Shown in pieces: positions 12,270 to 24,439 of a DNA stretch of 64,000 nucleotides (its first letter is position 1; each line of letters starts with the position of its first letter). A model generated the notes under the pieces. It was not told the DNA's origin and searched no databases. It saw only the letters and a program-made list of their open reading frames with translations. The position numbers and the translations under genes are program-made. The DNA lies in NCBI GenBank assembly GCA_043228905.1, contig JBHGNT010000022.1:10664001-10728000 (forward strand), in the 5' to 3' direction. This DNA comes from Azolla caroliniana (taxonomy: Eukaryota > Plantae > Polypodiophyta).

Positions 12270-15051
12270 AGATTCTCCTAATGATTTGTATGCCACAATG
12301 GGATTCTAAGTTGTTGCTTTCTCCTCTTCTTAAGTTTTGTACTAATGCTGGTAACTCAATTTCCATGTTTCAATGGAATCTCAATTTACGGCTGGTTTGG
12401 TCTATTCAATGTTGACACTAAATCTTTTATCATTAGGTGTGTCATTTCATCATGCACTATTTGCACCTAGCCTTTCATCGTATAGTACTGTGACTATTGA
12501 CTTGAACTCTCCCAAAAGCAATGATAAAGAGGACTTGTCATGGCAGCTTGCAATACAAAAAGTGTGGGAAAATCTTATCCAAGCACAAAGAGAATGTAGA
12601 TTTGGACTAAGAAATACAAATGTATTGTACATGAACACATTTGTTTAAGAAGCGTCACCTCTGCTACAATAACAGGAAATCCTGCTATAACTCAACAGAC
12701 ATTACGTCCTAAAGACATCCTTTCTAGGCATGAGGCATTGAAGAAAGAAAATGATCTCTTTGGTGGACTGCCAAGTAGTGTGTTGCCTTCATTACCAATT
12801 TTCCTCGACCTTCTCTGTCAATATGCTTGAGAACATTTGGGACTTCAGCTACAGGTTTTCTCTAATTTCCTCTAGTGTAGTTGGCTTAGTGTTCAATTTA
12901 TTATCTGACAAATTGTTTGACCTAGAATTTGACTTATTTTTCATGAAATTTAGGTGGAAGATGTGATTTGGAAATGCCATCAATAGTATATATTAGATAT
13001 TTTATGATACCAACCAATGGATTAGTCTAGAAGATCTAGGAACATAGATGAATAGGTGTCTGAAGTGGACACCCTTCATTATGAGATTAATAGGTGAAAT
13101 CCTCAAAGTAGAGGAGTGTATCATCAATGGCCGAAGTGTTGGTATAATATGTATGGATATTAGCGATGGATGCAAAATTTTGGATCATAGAGAAAACATT
13201 GAAATTTGATCCATCAAGTCATTTGTAACATCTTCTGCTCTGTTACATGGCATAATTATAAAGACACAATGGAAAGTGTAAGAAGTCAAATTACTCTGAC
13301 AAGAAAAAAGTTAGAACATAATCAGTGTTAGTGGTCTTAAATTCCAATGATGGTTTAGGTCAAATCCATATCTTATGTTCTAGTAAAGCTTAATTATTCT
13401 CATTTATAGTTTGTATTAAACTGAGAGTGGGTGGTAAGTTTCAAAAAGGACTTTTCCTCAAATGAAACTTTTCTAAAGATAAATTAGGAATGTTCCAATG
13501 AAATGTTAACCTTCAGTATTTGTTCTGGGGATCTTAAACGTGTTTTTCAGCATTGTGTACTGAGATTCTCCATCATTCTTAGTCTGAAACTCTTTTCTTT
13601 GTTGCATATATAGATGTGGAAAGATGCCTAGGTTGGAATTTCAGTTTGTAAGCATAATTATCTTTCAGTTTCATGATAAGGTTGTAAGTGTACAAGAATT
13701 ACTCTATTGTTGACAAAGGTTCCCCTTATTGGATTTTATAGATGGGTTTCCAAAGTGTGGATCTACCTCCAATCCTAAGCACATGATCTTTGTTCACAAG
13801 AGCGATTCCATAAGACATGCAAAACATGACATTTGTCATACTCTGTCAAACCTCATTGGCATTTATAACAGGTATTGTTAGACTATTTTAATTGCTTTAG
13901 TAATACATTTTTTGCATATTTAAAATTTCACAAGTCCGCCCATACAATAACATAGATACTCCAATCTTCTATCTTGCAGTCCAACAATGGACCTTGGAAA
14001 ATTGAATGTAGCAATGCCCAAACCAGAAAAGTAGTGGCACTGATACTAAGGTTTGAGACCCCAGATCGAACCATAGATTAGTGATTTTGGTGACACTAAG
14101 ATGTGAAGCCTAATGACTTCATGTGCCCTTACAAATTGCCATTTTTAAGTGAAGAAAAGCTTGATTTTTTAGCAGGTATTTTTGAAAAGAAAAAGGGCAT
14201 TGTTCATCTGTCCAAATGTTTTATTTGTTTGATTATGAACAATGATATGTAGAAGGAATGTTACAATCCTAAAGTTCACATATTATTACTAGGGAAGTAC
14301 AAATGACATCATCAATAAAGAGAGAGCGGCTTCAAGCATAGAAGCAAAATGTCTCCAAAACAAATTGTGAAAAAGTATTTTCTACAAATTCAAAATTCCC
14401 AAACTCTTCAAATGAGTTCTTGTTTGAACAAACCATTGGGCTCATCAAATATATCAAAAGATGTAGAACAGATTTGGCCACAAAGAAGATTACGTTCCAC
14501 ATATTGCTCAGAGTCCTCAAAGTCTTCATATTAGCTCTGCTTTGGTACCACAATTGGGCTCATCCAATGTTGGAAGATGTAGAACACATTTTGAAATATC
14601 AATCCTATATTATGGCAAGGATATATGAAAACTTTATAGCACTTATTTGCCCTTCATCATGTTGGCAAACATACAATGGAAGGGTTGTCAGAAGAGACAA
14701 TTAATCATACCATGCAATAAGTTTCAGAGGTTCACCATGAGTATATATTAAGTATGAGGAAATCTATTGTTAATTATATACTTAAGATTTCGGCATTATC
14801 TATCCCGATTTAATTATCTTAAAAGCACTTGTATTATATTATAAATCGTTAAGGCAATGTCAAGACTCGATTCTAAAAGAGTAATTTCCTACCCACAATG
14901 GCATAAGTTAGGGCAAGATAGACTTGGACTTACAGATATAGAAAAGGTCCTTTTAAGTAATGACGTCATATTTGGCAAGATCCCACATGATCTAGATTTT
15001 AATACCAAAGTGGCGAGTTGTTTTCTTGAATGCACATGGGGGCAATGTTAA
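12270..15051 (+). pseudogene. Possible decayed intron-containing gene inside the TIR element (unidentified; transposase remnant or cargo)
   Basis: A Cys-containing frame with scattered stops at about 12360-12854 ends CAG|GT. Further AG/GT-bounded blocks near 12953, 13741-13871 and 14175-14720. No family motif recognised. Confidence 0.3.
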
Positions 15052-15463
15052 GATCATTGAACATACTACAACCATTAACTTTAGAGGTTGCATATGCATA
15101 ATACATAGATACATACACACATGCCATAGATCTAAGATATATAACGGATATAATAGAATAAATACGTAAATAAACATGAAATATAATATAATACATACAT
15201 TCAATATAATACATACATATGAACATATGCAATACAACACAATATGTACATATACACACATGTATAAACCATAAATGTGTCTTACGTAAGGGCATTTAAA
15301 ATGAGTGTTGCCAAAATATATATTGACACTAAGGGGTATTTTTATTAACCAATTTTTTATAAAAGGGTATCTAAAATAGCAAAAACCATACGTATAAGGG
15401 GTTTATAAAAGATGTCATGAACGCACGTGATACAACCTCTTTATATATAGTGGAGCCCCCGGG

Positions 15464-16158
15464 CTTCTTCCTTGATCTTGTCGGCCGCTTCCATTGCGTA
15501 CCGACTCGCCTCGTCCGCCACGACCACGGGGCCTTTCTCCCTCCGTGTACAACATCTTGCTGTCGGAGTGCGTGCTCGTCGACGCACCCGTGTGGTTCTC
15601 CTCTACCAGGAGCATCGACTGTAAGTTGAAAAAGGACGGTGTATTTTCCCGGGTACACACAGCCGTTCGGAACTCTCCGAACTTCGATGCCAAACCCCCG
15701 AGACAGATCTGGACCATCTCGCTCTCCTCGATGTTCACCTCTATGGAGGCGAGGGAGTCGCAGATATCCTTGATCTTCGAGGTATAGTCCGCCACCGACA
15801 AGTCGCAATGTCGTAGGTTGCTCAACTCCTGTCGGAGCTGAAGCTTCCTGGCTGTGGTGCTCGCGGCGAAAATCTTCTTCAGATTTTCCCACACACCCTT
15901 CGGCGTCTTTGCATCCCGAACATAGCTCAATAGTTGTTCGCCCACACACGACGCGAAGCAGTATAATACGCTGCTCGCCGAATGCTCCCATGACGGGAAG
16001 TCTCTGTGTGTCGATTCGGGTGCCGCGTCATTAGCTCCTTCGACATAACTCCAGTAGCCGTGCCCGAGCACGTACTGGTGCATCTTGTAGGACCAAGACG
16101 CGTAGTTGGTTCTCTCGAGCTTCTCTGCTGGAAGCGAGCTTGCCATGCCTCTATCCAT
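15464..16158 (-). pseudogene. Copia-1 gag N-terminal part
   Basis: KLERTNYASWSYKM..VWENLKKIF..LRQELSNL..SVADYTSKIK is a typical Copia gag. It lies just downstream of the PBS. Confidence 0.9.
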
Positions 16159-16218
16159 CGTTCTTCTTGTTCTTCTTCGTCAAGTTGTGTCGGTTGCAGA
16201 GAGGTTCTCAACCCTCGC

Positions 16219-16230
16219 GCTCTGATACCA
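16219..16230 (-). promoter_or_regulatory. Primer-binding site (tRNA-iMet) of Copia-1
   Basis: TGGTATCAGAGC on the minus strand, directly after the LTR end. Confidence 0.92.
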
Positions 16231-17432
16231 TGTAAAAAGTAGCGTGCGGAAGCAAGTGTGAAGACAGAACAGAAGGAAGAACACTCAGGTTTAATGGAGA
16301 GCTTGAGCTTACGCAGTATACGCGGGAGAGACAGAGAGAATGACAGGAACTCAACGCTCCTTATGTCCGCCATTCGGCCACAACCGAGTTTCTTTTCATA
16401 CGCAGAAAACGGGAAACAAATGCACGACACGAAGTGAGAGAGGATACACACAATACACAGGAGGTTTACGTGGAAAACCCCAAACTACGGGAAAAACCAA
16501 GGCAGCCCACAGGCTGCAAACTGTCACTATGTAAGAATGTACAAACAATGAGTTCACGGAGGCAACGACCTCGTGCTCACGATCTTCGCCACAGGCGGCG
16601 GTTACAACAGAGGCAACGACCTCGTTCTCTCTCTCTCTCTGTACAGTTACACGCTCTCTCTTATTCTTGCACCAACAAGAAAATGACAACAAATAACAAC
16701 CACAAAAAAAGTTTGCCCTAAGTCATATTTATACTAATATGACTTTTCGGCTATTTACAAATGTAGCCTCGATGGGCTCTCAGAAACATATTTACGAATA
16801 TGTCTCTTCCTGCGGTTCTCACCGGGTCTGCGTCATCCGGCTCTCCATAGCCGGGTGCTCCTCATCCGGTTCTCACCGGGCCTGCACCATCCGGCTCTCC
16901 GTAGCCGGGTACTCCTCATCCGGTTCTCACCGGTCCTGCACCATCCGGCTCTTCGTAGCCAGGTACTCCTCATCCGGTCTTCACCGGGCCTGTATCATCC
17001 GGCTCTCCGTAGCCGGGTACTCCTCATCCGGTCTTCACCGGGTCTGTATCATCCGGCTCTCCGTAGCCGGGTACTCCTCATACCGTTTTGGCCGAGGGAG
17101 GGACGGCCTCGGCCGAGTTTGTTCGTCGGCACTGTTCTTCTCCCTTCCCGTTCGGAGGGACCTGTCTCCCAATAGAGAAGACACACTTGTCTTAAAAAAT
17201 TCAAGAAAAACAAGACAATACATATATGTGTTCAATGAACACTTTGTACAAGTCCTAGAAGGACTGACCGAAGTACTGACAATACTTCAATGCTCATTAA
17301 GAGCTCCTACACTAACTCCCAAATATATTCCTCACGGAATATCTTTCCTAACAACCTAACCGATCGGTCCCAACCGATCCGGTCCTCGGCTTCTTCAGCC
17401 GATCCGGCCGATGTTGAGGTTGTCTCTCAACA
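16231..17432 (-). repeat. 5' LTR of Copia-1 (1202 bp)
   Basis: TG...CA ends, both matching 3670-4024. TATA-like AGTATAAATA on the minus strand near 16726-16735. Confidence 0.92.
16812..17081. repeat. Five tandem 54-bp repeats in U3 of the Copia-1 LTR
   Basis: Unit approximately CCGGTTCTCACCGGGCCTGCACCATCCGGCTCTCCGTAGCCGGGTACTCCTCAT, starting at 16812, 16866, 16920, 16974 and 17028. No spacers between units. Confidence 0.9.
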
Positions 17433-17437
17433 TTAAT

Positions 17438-18700
17438 GCGTCTCATGGGGCGGTTCAATTTTAAATGACCAAGCTTTTTGCATGCAAATCATTGTCCTGA
17501 TGCACCGATCACTTCTATGCATTGTTCAATCCATGTTCCGTTTTCCCCCGAAATGAAGATCTTGGAAGGAAGTTTGTTGATGTCATGCACCAAGAGGCGG
17601 ATAGAGGGAGGGCCTAGGTGTTTCTTTAGCCTATCCATTAGCGTTAGTTCCTCTTCCAACATCATACCCAAGGAGTTTCCAATAGTAGGAAGTAACATGT
17701 TGTATTCTAAGGATAATCCCAGAAACAACATTGTTACCTTTTTCATGGAATCATCGTGTTGCGCTGCCTTCTCTGGGTTAAAACCATGTGTCCATTTATG
17801 CATGAATAACTATGTGTTTTGGACTTGATGGGGAGACATGGTTATGAGGTTCGCTGTGGGATCCTTGTCCTCTACAACGGTTTGATACAAACCTTTACCA
17901 AGCGGTTGGACTTCTTTTTTCCACCTACTTGTAAATGAAATTTGGCTTGCAACATATCTCTCAATAGTCCTCTATTTGGCCGTGATCCCACCAAGTAGCA
18001 TATGACCGCTATGTGCTCGAGTCGATCTATCTCCTGCTCAGGTAGAAGCATTTCTTCTCTAGTGAAGCTAGTCTCAACAGGACACCTGTTATTTTGATTG
18101 TTTTGATCTTACATTTGCTCTTTATCGATCGAGGGGTCTATTTGAGATACGTGTTCGGTAGTGCCGATGTATGGTGTTTCCATGATTGACGGAATCTTCG
18201 AAAGTTGTGTTGGGGGGGGGGGGGGGGGAGAGGGGGATATGTCCCACCCGTCGAACTTTGGTGTGGGTCCACTCGTCGAACTGGCTGTGGGTCCCACTCG
18301 TTGAACTAGCTATGGGAGCCCACTCATCAAAATTGGGTCTACTCGTCGAACTCTTGTGGGGTCCCACTCGTCGAATGGTTATTGGAGGGTCCAACCTACT
18401 CGAACTTTGGGTGGGGAAAACCCTAGCTTATCACAGCGGTGAAGAAGAATCGGCGACGACCGTCGGGATGGGGCAACAACGGCGAGTGCAGAGAGGGTGT
18501 GCTAGCCTGTGTGCCCCACGTCTGCAAACCTCCACTTTGCACTGGTAGGTAGAAGCGAGGCTCCGCTACCCTACTTCAGCTCCTGCTCCGCTCCTGAATC
18601 TCCTCTCAAATATTACGGAGATGAGAGAGTCTCCGCGGCTTTGCTTCAGCTCCTGCTTCGCTCCTGCCTGCTCCTCTTCCACAAAAAAATCGATTCTTGA
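17438..18700 (-). mobile_element. 5' part (ORF1) of the same L1 LINE
   Basis: LGKGLYQ..HKWTHGFNP..IGNSLG resembles plant L1 ORF1 (DUF4283-like). It is followed by a decayed knuckle *FACKKLGHLKLN that runs into the TTAAT TSD. Short GGGTCCCACTCGTCGAACT-like repeats at 18245-18410. 5' boundary uncertain. Confidence 0.7.
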
Positions 18701-18780
18701 AAAGCTTGAAATACCGAAATGCACACGTACACTCATACATATACTATTGACTAAATTTTAATTTAGCTAAAATTTATCTC

Positions 18781-20910
18781 GTTGAGCAACATCTAACAAA
18801 ATTTGCAATCTCTCTCTCCACTTCAAGGTTATTGTCCAAGTATTGCCTTCATTGTTTTTCATGAAACACATTTCAATGCGTTATTATTTTATACAAAACT
18901 ATCACCTAGTAACACATCATGAGTAATATAAAAAAAAATGCCATGATCTCTTATTGTGTTACCTTAGGTACATATGATGATGATATCTTTTAGAGCGTGT
19001 TACGAAACCTACAAAAAAGGGCATCAAAAAATGATATCTGCGATATAAATTCATAAACAAGTATCAACTTGTTGTCAATACAATATCCTACCAACTCCAC
19101 AAGGTTCTTATGATGCACTTGAGACAGAAGAGTGACCTATAGTCCAAATGTTAAAAAAAACAAATTAGCACATGTTCACTAGGAATTCTCCCATCATTGT
19201 TAAGCTTATAGAATTAAGTGTATATGTGCATTTCATTGGTCAATATGGAAGAGAACCGGATATTATCCATTTATGCAACTACCTCATTGAGAAATTCTTC
19301 AACTCGGTGTGATGTACTGGATAAAACTTTAACTGCTACAACCACTCCATTCATCAGAATGCCCTTATATACAATGCCAAAACTACCTTTACCGAGGATC
19401 ATTGTGAAATTGTTTGTCACTATCTTAATGTCTTCAAAACTAAATCTTTGTGCAACCTTTGTAGCTACAGCAAGTACTCTTGTATGGGTAACAACTAGAA
19501 AAGATATGCAAGAAATGTTAGCTCATTTATAAGCATTAGATTAGAATTTCAAATCTTTGATTATTGGAATAGTGTGTGGTGTTTTAGCAATAACATGCAT
19601 TAAAAGATCATATCTAATTATATTTGATTTGGGGAACATGCAAATATGCACTATGACTTCTGAAAACCTCCATACAAATTGAGGTATTGGCCCACCAATG
19701 TAGCATGACATGGTGGTGAAGTTGGGCTAATTTGGTAGTTGAGATGGAGTACTTTCATTCATTGCAAACCGTGATTCATGAGATAAACACAAATTTGTTC
19801 GCATGCTATCAAGATGAGAATCAAAGTATACGTGGCAACAAATTTGGACCTATAAGAATGTTAAAATTGAGAATTGGTAAAGACATTGATATATCTCCAT
19901 TTCAATCATATACATAAAATTTAAATTTAAACTTTTCTAGATCTAGGCTTAAAATGGGTGCGTCATACACATTTTAAGCAAAACATATATATAAATAAAC
20001 TTGAATTAGATTAACTATTGGTGTTTATTGACATACAACTCAAAATATAGTCATTACGATGATCTAGGTAGTCTATCTTAGTTGTATTAGTTGAGTTGTT
20101 GTTTCATGACTCGAGGACTGTTGAGGAGATCATTGCCTCTTCCACACTCAAATGCATGCAACTATGATCACAATAAGCACAACTAAAATACCACACACTA
20201 TTCCAATAATCAAAGGTGTGTTATATTTAGTTGTCGATAAAACTGGTGCAGTGTTGAATCAACAACCATTCATTGCAACGCACAAAAAGTTGTTTCCTTA
20301 GTACCTATGAATGGTGATATTAATGCTCAAATACTTGTTAATCACAAACGATGTTTTCAATAACACGCTATATTTTTCTGACAACACAAATAATGTTATG
20401 TTGTACTCAAATTACACAATTAGGAAAGTCAATTGTTAAACATACTTGAAAACAAGCCCTTCCTTTTGGAGTGCAGTAGGAACCACTCCACTAAAGTTGT
20501 TGTGTGTCAAATCACTAGAAATGAATGAGAATGAGAATGAAACACCATAGGTCAGAATGATACAAAACATTTTGTGATTTAGAGAAACCAAGGATTCTTA
20601 CAAGTATTTTCACTTTGTAAATTTCACAAGTGAAGTAGGAGTTTTCTTTTTTGGGATTGGTCCACTCAATTTGTTATTGCTCAAATTCCTATAAATTGAC
20701 ATGTTTAGGCCAAAAGTATTTATGCATCTCATAGTTAAATATAGGAATACAACAAAATATTTTTGCCAATAATTTTTTATTTTAAGAAATCTTGTGTTGC
20801 TAACACCAACATGAATTAACTAAAAAACATTGTTTAATTAAAGTAAGAATTACAGAAGTTCCATAAGTATTAGTAACTCCCAAAATTGGGGTCTGCCCCT
20901 TGAGGAAAAT
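18781..20910 (-). pseudogene. LRR receptor-like kinase pseudogene fragment (LRR-I-like exon structure)
   Basis: AG/GT-bounded exons: 20602-20688 NLSNNKLSGPIP; 20446-20514 DLTHNNFSGVVP; about 20058-20304 GNNFLC plus TM PLIIGIVCGILVVLIVIIVAC (with stops); 19283-19494 RFSFEDIKIVTNNFTMILGKGSFGIVYKG..VAVKVL..EFLNE; about 19009-19136 [24 protein letters not shown]; 18781-18848 LKWRERLQILLDVAQ. The N-terminus and kinase C-lobe are absent from the window. Confidence 0.9.
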
Positions 20911-21766
20911 AGGTGTGAAAGTGGTTTTAGAATTTAAGCTATTGAAATTAGAAGAATATAAAGTATAGAGCATTCACATTTGGAGGCTAAGAACACGAAC
21001 CAAGACCTTAAGAAGATGTCAAAAGTAAAAGTAAGAGACACAAAGAAAAGTAAAAAGTGAAAAAGCGAGCCACAAAAAACAGTAAAAAAAGGAATGGTAA
21101 AAAAGGAAGGATGAGTGTTACCCATAAGAATATACGAGGAGGCATAAGAGTATATGTAATGATGTGGTTGATGTGTATGTGTAAAGTAAATGAGTGTGTG
21201 AGGATGAGTATGTGTATGGACACATGCACAATTATGTGCATGTTACAAGAATGTGTAATGGTCTTATTTATAACGGTCATGTAACCTTTACATTGTATAT
21301 ATTATATAAACCCCTTATGGGGCATGTAATGGATAACTTTTTCCTCTCTCACATTTTTGTGTCATTTTTTATTTTCACTCTCCTTTTCTCTCTCTATCGT
21401 AACCCCCTTGGGAGGGGAGGTGCTTGACTCGAACCTTCTCGTTCGATCAATACAAGTTGCGATTGAATCATACACCAATCGGCTAGTTCACTGTGGCATG
21501 GGTCGTGAAATTGTGTTGTGCATTTGTGTATTCTTTCTTTTATCATGTGAAGTGAGTTTTATATTATTATTATTATGATGATTATTATTATTATTAATTT
21601 TTTATTCTTTTTACCCTGAAATTTTTAAAATTTTATTTTCAGCCCTTGTGTTTTCGAAATTCTACATTCTGCCCTCCAATTTTTGAAATCTCATGTCATG
21701 CCCTTGAATTTTGGAAATTTCATCTCATACCCTTGAGCTTATAAATTTTCATCTTCTCTGCCTTTA

Positions 21767-24353
21767 CCAAATACAAATATACAGAGAGACTTTACCAAAT
21801 CCCAAACCAACCACCCATTCCAATGCCTTCCACACCCTGGCCTACCATGGGGACACTTTTCACGACCTCTAGGGTCGTGAAGGTCATAAAGAAATTACAA
21901 CATAGGAAGTCCATGGACCACACAGGATTGCGAGTAGAACACATTATATATGCGAGAGAGTGCCTAGCTCCCTTGCTAACTCTAATCTTCAATCGTGCCC
22001 TTGCAGAGGGTTTCCACCACAGTGGACTATGAATACAGTGGCCCCCATACATAAAGGGGGGGACCCCATGGACCCAAATACATATAGGACCATTATGATA
22101 GGCCATACCCTTGCTAAGTTATATGGTGCAGTAATGGAAGCAGAGCTTAGCGACTATATGGAGACCCTAAACCTTCGTGCACCTGAACAAGTTGGCTTTA
22201 GACGAGCCTTCTCCACTATTGATCATATCTTCACACTTAGATGCCTAATTGACCAAACTAAGGCTCGCAAGAAGAAATTATATTGTTGTTTTGTGGACTT
22301 CTGCAAAGCCTTTGACACGGTCCCTAGAGAGCGGTTGTTTGATAGACTTAAAAGCTTGAGGATACCAGATGATATGGTATGGGCCATCTACGCACTATAT
22401 GAACAAGTGTCTGCGTGTGTCCGATGCCCAGGTGGCCTATCTAATCATTTCACTAGCACTATTGGTGTAAAACAAGGTTGCCCCCTATCACCGACGCTTT
22501 TTGGGATCTACATTGATGAGATCACAGATTTTATTGCTCGTGAGGGAGGCACCGGAGTGGTCCTTGGGGATACGCAGGTTCGTATCTTGCTCTATGCAGA
22601 TGACATAGTTTTGCTCTTTGAATCCGAACACGACCTACAAAGGCACCTTAATGCCTTAGATGACTTTTGTGTACAACGAGGATTGGTAGTGAATCTAAGG
22701 AAAACGAAAGTCCTTATCTTCCACACATCGGCCCAAGTTAGAACTAAGTGTCACCTAACTATCTCCCATAGCCCAGTTGAGGTGGTTGGATCATACGTCT
22801 ATCTCGGAGTCACTTTTAGTGCCCGCTCAGGTAAATTTTCGATGACACAGGCAGCGAAGGATAGACTCACGAGAGGACATGCATCCCTCTCACTCCTAGA
22901 GAGACAATGCCACCAAGCACACTTTCAAGAGCCACGGACTAAAGGGTGGCTCTTTGACTCATTAGTGACCCCCTCCCTCATGTATGCATCAACGGTTTGG
23001 GCTCCAGGATTACCATCTTTCATGTGGACGCAATTAGAGAGACCATTGGTGATGATGCTATCACGCCAACTCCGAAGCAAATCGACTGTACCACATGACA
23101 TTATTAGGGCTGAGTTCACATTACCCCCAATGTTAGTAGAGGCACTTTTTCAACTTGTAGTCTTCATTCACAGGATTCATAGCCAACCACATGATAGAAT
23201 ATCTCATCAAGCCTTTAAGGCCTCTCGATCATTGTATGAGTCTGGCTATACTAGCTCATGGTATGGCATGATGGTGAGTTGGCTTTTTGCGAATGGTCTA
23301 GACATTAATAACCTACCTCCCCTTAGGTACAACCACACGAGTGATAACACTTTAATCTCTCATGAGGACCGCAATAAAGTAATACGCCATGAAATATGAC
23401 AAATTTACACTCGGTGTAAATGGATCGCCCCACTAGAGCCACTCCCATCTAAAATGTTGTACTATAAGAAACACCTCATGCACTTCTCTGAGTTAGGTTT
23501 TATCACGCGGCCAAAATATCTAGATGTATTCTTACCACATGCACTAAGGGTTGCCATTGGACAACTTAGAATATCATCTCACCAACTTGAGATTGAGAAT
23601 GGTCGTACTAGTGGAGTCCCTAGGGAGGAAAGGATATGTAGGTTATGTCACATAGAGATAGAGGATGAGTACCACTTTACATGCAAGTGTCCAACCTATG
23701 CCGAGATAAGGGTAAAATACCAAGACATACTTGGTTCGTCTCCCACCCTCCCCAAACTATTAGATACTCTAGATATAAAGAAATTAGACAAATACATTCT
23801 AGAGCTAAAACAACACAGAGAGAATAAGTTACAAAATGTTGACAATAATGTTGCTAATGATCACGAACATGTAACAAATGAAGTTTTTCAGGAACATGAG
23901 GAGACAACGAATGCCGACACACTTGCACCACTCGGCCTTTCCATTGATGAGGCAGAAAACCAGAGAAGAACCAGACGTCCTCGGGTGCCGGGTTTCAAAG
24001 CAACTCGACGTGATGTGGAAGCAATATTGAAAATAAGGGAACGTGAGCTACACCGCCTAGAAGTCATGGCTAGGGCACTCTCTACATTGGAACCCACATC
24101 AAGACCCTTTGACCCCCCACTTCTTTTCGAGAGGCTTGGGTGGAAATAAAATTAGGCTTAGTGTATAGTCACTTTCGAGTATACTACATATTGTACACTA
24201 CTAGAACTCTTTTAGTTTAAGTTCTATTTTTACTTAATTTTATTTTAGTTATGATGACTGGATAAATACTCTTTTGTTGTAAACCAATTGTCTCATGGGC
24301 CAAATTTGGCCTTAGAAGACCTTAATATATCTTTCTTTCTTTCTTTCTTTCTT
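21767..24353 (+). mobile_element. 5'-truncated non-LTR retrotransposon (RTE/RTEX-like) in the left arm
   Basis: RT motifs EQVGFR..VDFCKAFDTV..GVKQGCPLSPTLF..LLYADD..YVYLGV (21960-23399). C-terminal RISSHQLEIENGR..CRLC..EDEYHFTCKC (23454-24149). (CTTT)n 3' tail. TSD TCTGCC(T/C)TTA at 21757-21766 and 24354-24363. The empty site is visible in the right arm near 32790-32810. Confidence 0.9.
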
Positions 24354-24439
24354 TCTGCCCTTATGTTTCTGAAATTTTCTCTTCATGCCCCTCTTCTCTT
24401 TCTTTCTTTGTGCGTTCTTCTCTTCTTCTGCTTCTTCTT

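Larger units (their letters stand above)
8153..15463. mobile_element. 7.3-kb TIR DNA transposon of unassigned superfamily, inserted in Copia-1 gag
   Basis: TSD CTTCTTCC at 8145-8152 and 15464-15471. TIRs CCCGGGGGCTTCACT (left) and AGTGGAGCCCCCGGG (right). Inverted subterminal motif CACGTG(A/C)GTTCAT at both ends. Removing the element restores the gag frame (..RQDQGR|RHRSD..CWYCGKKGH). Confidence 0.9.
3670..17432 (-). mobile_element. Ty1/Copia LTR retrotransposon (Copia-1, Ale-like pol), inserted in LINE ORF1 and interrupted by a TIR element
   Basis: TG...CA termini. TSD TTAAT at 3665-3669 and 17433-17437. PBS GCTCTGATACCA at 16219-16230 abuts the LTR. PPT CTCCCCCTCAAG at 4025-4036. Domain order gag-PR-INT-RT-RH. 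Confidence 0.95.

Noticed and set aside
12360-12480. Resemblance of FNG..GLFN plus cysteines to KDZ-associated CxC domains
   Set aside because: Too short and degenerate to support by eye; an HMM search is needed.
16812-17081. CRISPR-like regular repeats and the 206-aa repetitive ORF 16739-17359
   Set aside because: The units are contiguous with no unique spacers, there are no cas genes, and the array lies inside an LTR. The ORF is open because 54 is a multiple of 3.
18211-18236. Poly-G run as a G-quadruplex regulatory element
   Set aside because: A homopolymer in a decayed LINE (poly-Pro codons on the minus strand) with no evidence of function.
21503-21520. TGGCATGGGTCGTG as a PBS that would make the arm an ordinary LTR plus leader
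   Set aside because: I cannot match it to a tRNA 3' end, and no gag or PPT follows.
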